Shown here: positions 1 to 6,444 of the stretch, piece by piece
Layout of the letters: each line of letters begins with the position of its first letter
Position numbering within the stretch: the stretch's first letter is position 1
Assembly: GCA_030587475.2 (NCBI GenBank)
Contig: JAUQYZ020000236.1
Coordinates: 1-23,286 of the forward strand
Length of the DNA stretch: 23,286 nt
Source of the DNA: Candidatus Sigynarchaeum calidifontis
Lineage (GTDB): Archaea > Asgardarchaeota > Lokiarchaeia > Sigyniarchaeales > Sigyniarchaeaceae
Direction: 5' to 3'
Notes under the pieces: generated by a model
The model's input: only the letters and a program-made list of their open reading frames with translations
Database searches by the model: none
What the model was told of the DNA's origin: nothing
Made by a program: the position numbers and the translations under genes

Positions 1-27
1 GTCTTTTTTAGAGGCCGGGCACGATAG

Positions 28-906
28 ATGGTGAGTGAAATGTCGAGAGAAAACATCCACACCCAGTCGATCACGGGTACCAAGAAAGCGGAGATTTTAC
101 TCGTCGGGAACGAGCTGCTCGTTGGCAAGATTCGGGACGCGAACGCTTGCTGGCTCGGGAAGCAGCTCGGGACATTCGGCATTTCGATCACCCGCGTGAC
201 AATCATCAGGGATGATGTCAAGGACATCGCCCTCACTATCAATGAAATCGTTGCGCGGAGACCGGATTACGTTTTCTCGAGCGGTGGTCTCGGCCCGACG
301 TTTGACGATGTCACGATACAAGGCATCGCTGATGGATTCAAGAAAGATCTCGTCCTCGATGAAAAGGCACTTGGCTGGCTCAAGGAGCGATATGAAAAGC
401 AAGTAAAGCTCGGCGTGCTCAAGCGTCAAGACACAGAACTCAACGAGTCTCGAAGGAAAATGGCATACATCCCGGTCGGATCTATCGCGCTGCATAACAG
501 CGCCGGCGCGGCGCCCGGCGTGCTCATCGAGATGGGAAACACGCGGATCTTCGTGCTCCCGGGAGTACCAAGGGAGTTGCAAGCCATCTTCGCAGAGGAG
601 ATCGCGCCAATCTTGCAGAGGGAGAACCAGGGCATCAAGTACCACGAATTCGGTTTCAGGTTGGATGGCGTCGGCGAGTCGACGATGGCGGAAAAAATCA
701 ACGCGCTCATGAAGGAAATCGACGAGCGGGTCTGGATAAAGAGCCACGCCAAGCATGATGGTCGATCCTATTACGTCGAAATGCAGATCAGTGGGTATGG
801 CGATGCCGACTTCCGGGCGGTCGTGGAGGGGATAGCGAATCAAGTTAGGCGCATCCTGCTGGATCTCGGGGGAAAAATCTCGGAAATCGTGGACCAAGAA
901 AAATAG
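28..906 (+). CDS. CinA/MoeA-like molybdopterin-binding-domain protein (CinA N-terminal type, no PncC deamidase domain)
   Basis: Motifs GNELLVGKIRDANACWL, SGGLGPTFDDVT, NSAGAAPG, VLPGVPREL, then GVGES opening the small KH-like domain. At 292 aa it is too short for the PncC fusion. Confidence 0.9.
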   Translation: MVSEMSRENIHTQSITGTKKAEILLVGNELLVGKIRDANACWLGKQLGTFGISITRVTIIRDDVKDIALTINEIVARRPDYVFSSGGLGPTFDDVTIQGIADGFKKDLVLDEKALGWLKERYEKQVKLGVLKRQDTELNESRRKMAYIPVGSIALHNSAGAAPGVLIEMGNTRIFVLPGVPRELQAIFAEEIAPILQRENQGIKYHEFGFRLDGVGESTMAEKINALMKEIDERVWIKSHAKHDGRSYYVEMQISGYGDADFRAVVEGIANQVRRILLDLGGKISEIVDQEK

Positions 907-929
907 GTAACGAAATAGAAAAAGAAATA

Positions 930-2414
930 TCACGTGCGCATTTCTTTTATTTTCTTGATGGTTCCATCAAGTAGAGCCTCGAGCTTCTTGTCCTTGACCT
1001 TTTTCTTGATTTTCTGGAGGTCACCGAGGATTTCAGAATCATTCTCTATCTTCTTGGAAACGATGTCAAGCAAGCTCTTCAACTCGGGGTCGAGTGGCTT
1101 CGAGGGGTCGACCGTGTTGAGGAACGACTTCAAGTCGGTGAGGGGATCGATTTCACCGCCCAGCTCGCCACCGCTGTACGGGTTAACGAAGGCGAGTCCT
1201 GCGCCGCCCGCGCCCGGTGATTTCGCTTCGACCTCGTCGAGTGAGGCGAAATCGAGCCCTTCCGCTTCCTCTTTCTGTTTAACCGTAGCTTTCTGCTCGA
1301 TCAATTCGCGCTGCGCCGCGTGGGTTTCTTCCTTCGCGGAGGCTGCCGTGTTTTCGAGCTTCTTGATTTTCTCCTCGCTTTCGGCGATCTTTTCCTGTGC
1401 TTCCTTTGCCTTTTTACGCTCGTCGGCGAGCTGCTTTTGGAGCGTATCAATTTGTTGCTTTAAATCGTCGATTTCTCCCCTGGTAGCATTCCGTTGTTCC
1501 GCGCTTTCTGCCTTGGCCTTGAGGACGTCGATTTCAGCCCTCAACGAGGAGACCTCGGCAGCGAGGTCTGTGTTTTTCTTCTCGAGGGCGGCCTTTTGGC
1601 TTTCCACGTCGGCTAATTTCGCCTTGATGCTATCCAGTTCGTTTTGCAATTCCGATATCTTCAAGCTAGCATCGGCACCGCCTTTCGCCTCCGATTCCTT
1701 TTGCTCGAGTTCTTTCTTGAGCCCCTCGATGAGCACGTTCAAGCTGTCCTTCTCACCCTTGAGTTGCGCAATATCAGCATTGTATTTTCCGATATCAACC
1801 ACGTCCTTGCGGGCCGCGGCGATTTCAGCGTTCAACTCGGCGATTTGTTTCTCGTACTTTTCCTTGAGCGCGTCCATCTCTTCCTTTAGCTTGGCGACCT
1901 TGTGCTGGGATTTTTTCTTCTCTTCTTCGAGCTCCGCCTCGAGCTGGCCCACTCGCAAATCCTTTCCCGGTGCGGGCGCGGGGCGAACCTCCACGCTCTC
2001 CGCGCGTGCCGCGCGAACGGGTGCAGCGTGGCTTGCCGGTCCTGGTCGGCTTATCCGTTCCGCGGGTAAAGGTGCGACCTTCGCGGGTGCCTTGATCGAT
2101 TCATCGGGGGGCAGCGTGCCCTTGCCTTCGAGTAAAAGATCGATCTCCGCCTTGAGAGCCCCGATCTCTTCCCCCTGGTTGACGGTCTGCGTTTTAAAGC
2201 CATAAAGCTGATAGAGGCTCTTGATCTTCGTGGCAAGCGTTCCGCCCTTGTATTTCTTCACGTTGGACGCTTTCTGGCCATTCCACACGTAGACGACCTT
2301 GTCCGAATCTGATATCACAAAAGCGATTTCATCTTCGGAGATTCTAGACGTCCAATCAAAACTCTCCTTATCGTAATTGGTTACCATCAATGTTCTGAAA
2401 GTCATGGTTACCAT
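930..2414 (-). CDS. Gelsolin-like domain + Pro-rich linker + long coiled-coil protein
   Basis: N-terminal EIAFVISDSDKVVYVWNGQKASNVKK...TQTVNQGEE fits the gelsolin repeat pattern (hhhh..D....hYVWxGxxS...V.QGxE). A Pro/Ala linker and ~230 aa of E/K-rich heptads follow. ATG at 2414 or 2405 is preferred to the TTG at 2507. Confidence 0.8.
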   Translation of the reverse strand: MVTMTFRTLMVTNYDKESFDWTSRISEDEIAFVISDSDKVVYVWNGQKASNVKKYKGGTLATKIKSLYQLYGFKTQTVNQGEEIGALKAEIDLLLEGKGTLPPDESIKAPAKVAPLPAERISRPGPASHAAPVRAARAESVEVRPAPAPGKDLRVGQLEAELEEEKKKSQHKVAKLKEEMDALKEKYEKQIAELNAEIAAARKDVVDIGKYNADIAQLKGEKDSLNVLIEGLKKELEQKESEAKGGADASLKISELQNELDSIKAKLADVESQKAALEKKNTDLAAEVSSLRAEIDVLKAKAESAEQRNATRGEIDDLKQQIDTLQKQLADERKKAKEAQEKIAESEEKIKKLENTAASAKEETHAAQRELIEQKATVKQKEEAEGLDFASLDEVEAKSPGAGGAGLAFVNPYSGGELGGEIDPLTDLKSFLNTVDPSKPLDPELKSLLDIVSKKIENDSEILGDLQKIKKKVKDKKLEALLDGTIKKIKEMRT

Positions 2415-2541
2415 CCATCGTGTTTCGCAAACTTTCTTCGTGAACTGGCCGAACCCCGTGAGTATTTCGCTCGGCAATTGTCCACGAAGCCCGACCAGGG
2501 TCAACAATTACTCGTGCTGCAATCCGAGTTGAATTTTAGAG

Positions 2542-2550
2542 TTTAAAAAA
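2542..2550 (-). promoter_or_regulatory. Putative archaeal TATA box for the gelsolin-domain gene
   Basis: Minus strand reads TTTTTTAAA in the intergenic region ~130 bp upstream of the ATG. Confidence 0.4.
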
Positions 2551-2632
2551 CATAGCTCGGGCCGTGTTTTGTTACACCCGTGAGCGCTGCCCGTGGTTGA
2601 TTGCATGTCCAGAGGGTTTTTCAATCGGGTTT

Positions 2633-2929
2633 TTAGATGTTTCCACGCCCTATACCAAGGTCAAGTGATCGCATCAATTGCTCGTTGTTCATGCCATCGA
2701 CACGCAATATTTTGGTGCTGCTGGTCGAACCACGGAGAATCGATATGTTCGATGGTCCAATGCCGAGATACCTTGCGAGCAACTTCATGATTGCCTTGTT
2801 CGCTTTTCCTTTTTCTGGCGGGGCAGTGACGTGGATGACCAGGGTCGTCCCGTCATCATCGATGGCAATGGCATCCTTGCGGGAGCCGGGATGGGCGATG
2901 ACCGTGATATCGGCATGTGGTAGTTCCAC
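2633..2929 (-). CDS. DUF167 / UPF0235 (YggU-like) protein
   Basis: Signature HPGSRKD...LVIHVTAPPEKGKANKAIMKLLA..LG..SNISILRGSTSSTKILRV. Start moved to the in-frame GTG at 2929, 26 nt below a TATA box. Confidence 0.9.
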   Translation of the reverse strand: MELPHADITVIAHPGSRKDAIAIDDDGTTLVIHVTAPPEKGKANKAIMKLLARYLGIGPSNISILRGSTSSTKILRVDGMNNEQLMRSLDLGIGRGNI

Positions 2930-2954
2930 GGACGTATGAAATCGCTCTGAATGA

Positions 2955-2970
2955 TTTAAATTTTTTTTTT
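2955..2970 (-). promoter_or_regulatory. BRE/TATA promoter, probably leaderless transcript of DUF167
   Basis: Minus strand A10-TTTAAA ends 26 nt upstream of GTG 2929, the usual archaeal spacing. Confidence 0.6.
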
Positions 2971-3037
2971 GATTCTTTTCCTCGTTAACGTCCCGCACGG
3001 TTACGCGTGGACAGAACGATTGTTGGTGAACTGATCC

Positions 3038-3703
3038 ATGAGCGAATCGACCGGCAAGGCAAAATTCAACTTTTCATGCACGAAATGTGGAGCTCCTGGT
3101 TGTTGCGATGACCGGGGCCCCGTTCCCTTGATCCTTCAAGATATCGAAATGTGGGCATCTAAAAACATCATCAAGAACATGTTCCCGTACATCAAGGTAC
3201 AGAAAAGTGAAGCCGGCTTGGGACTCGTGCTCAACATGCTCGGCGAGCCTGCCCCGCCGAAGAAAAGCGAGAAAAAGGAGGGCGAGGAAGATGCCGATGA
3301 CGTTTTTGGCGACGACATCGTGCCGAAGGGCAAGTGCCCCATGTATAACAAGGAGGGAAAGACTTGCTTGATCCATCCCAACCGGCCCGCGTACTGCCGT
3401 GCTTTCCCTCTCGGGCACGAGGACGGGCGTTTCGTCATCGAATTGGACACGTGCCCCGGCCTCGAGACGAAGGAAGAGATGAGCAAGGATCTGTTCAAGC
3501 AGATGCGCGACGATGCCAAGCACGTGTTTGACGGCACGCACCAGCTCGGCCTCGTCTTGCCCGTCTTGCAAGCCATCATAATCAACGCCATGCAAGAAGC
3601 GTCGATGCGGGCAATGAGCAAGATGAGCCCTGAGGACCTCCAGAAAATGGACGAGATCATGCGCAAGATGGCAGAGACCAAGCAAAAAGAAACAAAATCC
3701 TAG
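3038..3703 (+). CDS. YkgJ-family CxxCxxCC (Zn/Fe-S cluster) protein
   Basis: FSCTKCGAPGCC...CPMY...CLIHPNRPAYCRAFP...CPG. Carries an acidic insert and a Met/Gln-rich helical tail. Convergent 4-bp stop overlap (CTAG) with the actin-like gene. Confidence 0.88.
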   Translation: MSESTGKAKFNFSCTKCGAPGCCDDRGPVPLILQDIEMWASKNIIKNMFPYIKVQKSEAGLGLVLNMLGEPAPPKKSEKKEGEEDADDVFGDDIVPKGKCPMYNKEGKTCLIHPNRPAYCRAFPLGHEDGRFVIELDTCPGLETKEEMSKDLFKQMRDDAKHVFDGTHQLGLVLPVLQAIIINAMQEASMRAMSKMSPEDLQKMDEIMRKMAETKQKETKS

Positions 3704-4809
3704 GAGCCCGTTTTTTCTTGGCTTGCTTTTGAAGCTCGCGCCCGGGCGATCTGCTCGAAGCCCCGGGCGTTTGATATCTTGTAATCCTTCGGGTGTGCGG
3801 CCTGGTTGATGTCCTGGATGAGATTTTTTTGGTAAAGCAAGGTTTCGAGGTCCTTCCAGAACAAATCGACGCCATCGCCTGTGAAGATGTAATACTTGAC
3901 CCGCGCGTCCGGGGGCAATCGGGAAACGAGCGCGACGATCTCGTCGGTCAAGGTCTTGGCGATTTGCTCGATGTAGTACTTTTTCGTAGGACCGATGTCC
4001 ATCGCCTCTCCTTGAATGATGGCCGTGTTCTTGCCTTGCTGCAAGAGACGCATGAGGTCGACACCTCGCACGATGCGCCCGGTCTGGCTCTGGAGCTGGA
4101 TGGCGATGCGGTTCGCCAGGGTCTCGAGCGACAAGTCCCCGATGGAAGCGCTGGCGATGTTGCTCGGCCGGCCCGCATACAGCGTGAGGATCTCCGCGCT
4201 GCCGAATCCGATGTCGGTCACGACAGCGTCGACGGCGCTGGCCTCGTTGAATTCTTGCATCATGCTCCAATATGAGCCGTATGGGCCATACACGACCATG
4301 ACACTCGTGATGTTCATGCGAACCTGCACGACCTTCTTGCTGAAATCGTTTTCGAGGACGAGTTCCTTGGTACCTTTCAGCGCCTGGCTGATCGCCTTCA
4401 TTTTCTCGACGCCGGTAGAAACGGGGACGCCAACGGTCACCACGCACTCCATTTCTTGCACGCCGGGGTTCGCCTCGTCGAGAATTTTCGTCTTGATGCC
4501 GAGCACGGCAAGCGCGACCTTGACCGCGAGCTCGACGTCTGCTGGATCGGCGATCAAGCCCCCCTTGGTGAGCAAGCGCTTGACTTCCGATTGCATGCGC
4601 GCTAATTCCCCGAAATATTGCTTGTAGACCTGACCGTTCTGGTCGATGCCGACGTGGACGCATATGTTATTGTCCCAACTCGGATCCGCGCCGGTGCCGC
4701 TCCAACCCTCGTTAAACTCGCCTACCATGGCCGGGTTAACGAAGTCCATGCCCCCGCTCGTCGCCTTGATCAACGACGAGCCAAAATCGATGCCCGCGAT
4801 GAGTGTCAT
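3700..4809 (-). CDS. Actin-fold ATPase of ParM/StbA/Ta0583 type
   Basis: Phosphate-1 GIDFGSSLIK, VTVGVP, phosphate-2 VTDIGFGSAEI, adenosine IFTGDG, connect-2 ISNARGF; 369 aa. Confidence 0.88.
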   Translation of the reverse strand: MTLIAGIDFGSSLIKATSGGMDFVNPAMVGEFNEGWSGTGADPSWDNNICVHVGIDQNGQVYKQYFGELARMQSEVKRLLTKGGLIADPADVELAVKVALAVLGIKTKILDEANPGVQEMECVVTVGVPVSTGVEKMKAISQALKGTKELVLENDFSKKVVQVRMNITSVMVVYGPYGSYWSMMQEFNEASAVDAVVTDIGFGSAEILTLYAGRPSNIASASIGDLSLETLANRIAIQLQSQTGRIVRGVDLMRLLQQGKNTAIIQGEAMDIGPTKKYYIEQIAKTLTDEIVALVSRLPPDARVKYYIFTGDGVDLFWKDLETLLYQKNLIQDINQAAHPKDYKISNARGFEQIARARASKASQEKTGS

Positions 4810-5048
4810 GATCGAACAAGTCGAGAGGTAGTGTGGCGATGATATGCACCAACGTTCGGCGCCGGCCTTTATGAGGGTATTGTTGGTGGGGGATGCGGGA
4901 TCGATGGTACACCTTGTTATGTCCGCCTAAGAAGTTGGTTTTTAAGGTCAGGCAGCCTCTTATGAGTGAACGGCGCGTGATGTATCGGGATTTCACCAAG
5001 GAAGCCTAATCGGCTCGCGGCGCGCCGGCCGGATAGATGATGTGAACC

Positions 5049-6116
5049 GTGCCCTACGAGCTAACGAATTTATTTTATTTGATCCCGCTCCTCGCCATCG
5101 GCGTCGCGTTTCTCCTCGTCGTGCTCAAGAAACGGCGGGACATGAAGCAAATACTGCACCCGCTCGACCTGGAAGAGGAGCGAGAGTCACTCGCTAATCC
5201 GATAGCGATCACGGCGGCGTTATTTGGAGGGCTGGCCTACGCGATGCTCAATACCGAGTTCCAACCGATTTTACCATTTCCTCTCGACGTTATCACGCTT
5301 ATCTGGTACGGGGCGTTTCTCGCGGTCTTCACCTGGCTGTGCATCAAGGAACGAAGGCGATACACAGGCCCCCCCTTCGAGGTCAAGGAAGAAGGCGACC
5401 TGAGCTTGAAGTACGAGGCGATCCGGAAGGCGACCCACGTGGTCATCGTGCTCGTGATCGTGTGCTACGTCGCCTTCGGGCCAGTTTTCTTCCAAGTGGT
5501 GAACTGGTTGCTGGGAATATTGCCGTGGTTCGGCGTGAGCGGGTTCGACGCGCACGCGATGTCCTTTGCAGGCCAATACACGGTCACGTTCTTGACAGTG
5601 ATCGCCTTCCTGGGCCTGGCAACGTCCGAGGTCGTCCGGGTGTTCTTCTATCGTGCTTACCCTTTGAAAAAAGTCAAGGCCATCTTCCGCCGCAAGGAAA
5701 CGGGCGCAGCCCTCGGTTCCCACATTTCACTGGCGGTAGGCAGCCTCTTCGTCGTTCTGGTTTTTGGATGGAAATATCCCGGCATCGCGATGGCATCGAT
5801 CGCGATCAGCGCCATCGCGGACGGCGCCGCCGGCATCATCGGTCGCCGGTTCGGCAAGCACCAGTACTCGACCGTGTTCTCCCGAAAGCGAAAGACGCTC
5901 GAAGGGCTCCTGACCGCGACCGTCGTGAGCATCGTGCTTTCTCTATCGCTACTCATCTATCAATTCGGCCCCGCATCATTCATCATGGCTTTCGTGGCCA
6001 CGCTCGTCCTCGATGGCATCGACTTGCTGTCGATCCAGATCAGCGACAATTTACTCAACCCGATCGCCACGTCAACCGTGCTCGTGCTCGTCGCTTTTAC
6101 CCTCCGCGTGGCTTGA
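5049..6116 (+). CDS. CTP-dependent polyprenol/diacylglycerol kinase-like membrane protein (dolichol kinase/VTE5/Dgk1 superfamily)
   Basis: EAIRKATH, ADGAAGIIGRRFGK, KRKTLEG and SDNLLNP motifs; many TM helices. Confidence 0.85.
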   Translation: MPYELTNLFYLIPLLAIGVAFLLVVLKKRRDMKQILHPLDLEEERESLANPIAITAALFGGLAYAMLNTEFQPILPFPLDVITLIWYGAFLAVFTWLCIKERRRYTGPPFEVKEEGDLSLKYEAIRKATHVVIVLVIVCYVAFGPVFFQVVNWLLGILPWFGVSGFDAHAMSFAGQYTVTFLTVIAFLGLATSEVVRVFFYRAYPLKKVKAIFRRKETGAALGSHISLAVGSLFVVLVFGWKYPGIAMASIAISAIADGAAGIIGRRFGKHQYSTVFSRKRKTLEGLLTATVVSIVLSLSLLIYQFGPASFIMAFVATLVLDGIDLLSIQISDNLLNPIATSTVLVLVAFTLRVA

Positions 6117-6165
6117 TGGTGACACCAAGGGATCACGAGCGAAAAAAAAGTGGCAAGAGAATGCC

Positions 6166-6441
6166 TTATGCCAGCTTTTCGACCCAGTTCTTGATGCGTT
6201 TCTGGATTATCTTCTTGGTCGTTACATCCCACGGTTCCCTGGGAAGCTGGCCGATCCATGTCTTCACTTCGGTCTTGATCTTGTCGAAATGCGCCAAGCC
6301 CTCAAGCTCGACCTCGATCTTCTTGATGGCGTCGGCACACGCCGTGCCGGAGTCGAACTTGTCGATGCCCTCGCCAATAGCTGCAAGTCTCTGGATGACT
6401 GGATTCGAGACCTCTTGCATGCCCGCGTTGGTGGGTGACAA
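6166..6441 (-). CDS. Small helical domain, in frame with the upstream 983-aa ORF across a single TGA; probably its C-terminal domain
   Basis: Minus strand reads GTT TGA GGA TTG TCA: same frame, one stop codon. Amphipathic helices end KRIKNWVEKLA and a T-tract follows. Confidence 0.6.
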   Translation of the reverse strand: MSPTNAGMQEVSNPVIQRLAAIGEGIDKFDSGTACADAIKKIEVELEGLAHFDKIKTEVKTWIGQLPREPWDVTTKKIIQKRIKNWVEKLA

Positions 6442-6444
6442 TCC

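Noticed and set aside
3074-4663. Long shadow ORFs (also 934..2205, 5339..6529, 14306..16528, 21735..22817)
   Set aside because: Arg/Gly/Ser-rich antisense or off-frame products of high-GC coding regions that overlap well-supported genes.
3700-4809. Bona fide Lokiactin/crenactin or MreB
   Set aside because: Lacks the eukaryote-like DNGSG/TEAP motifs and MreB DLGTAN/EPMAAA; the motifs fit the ParM/StbA-like group.
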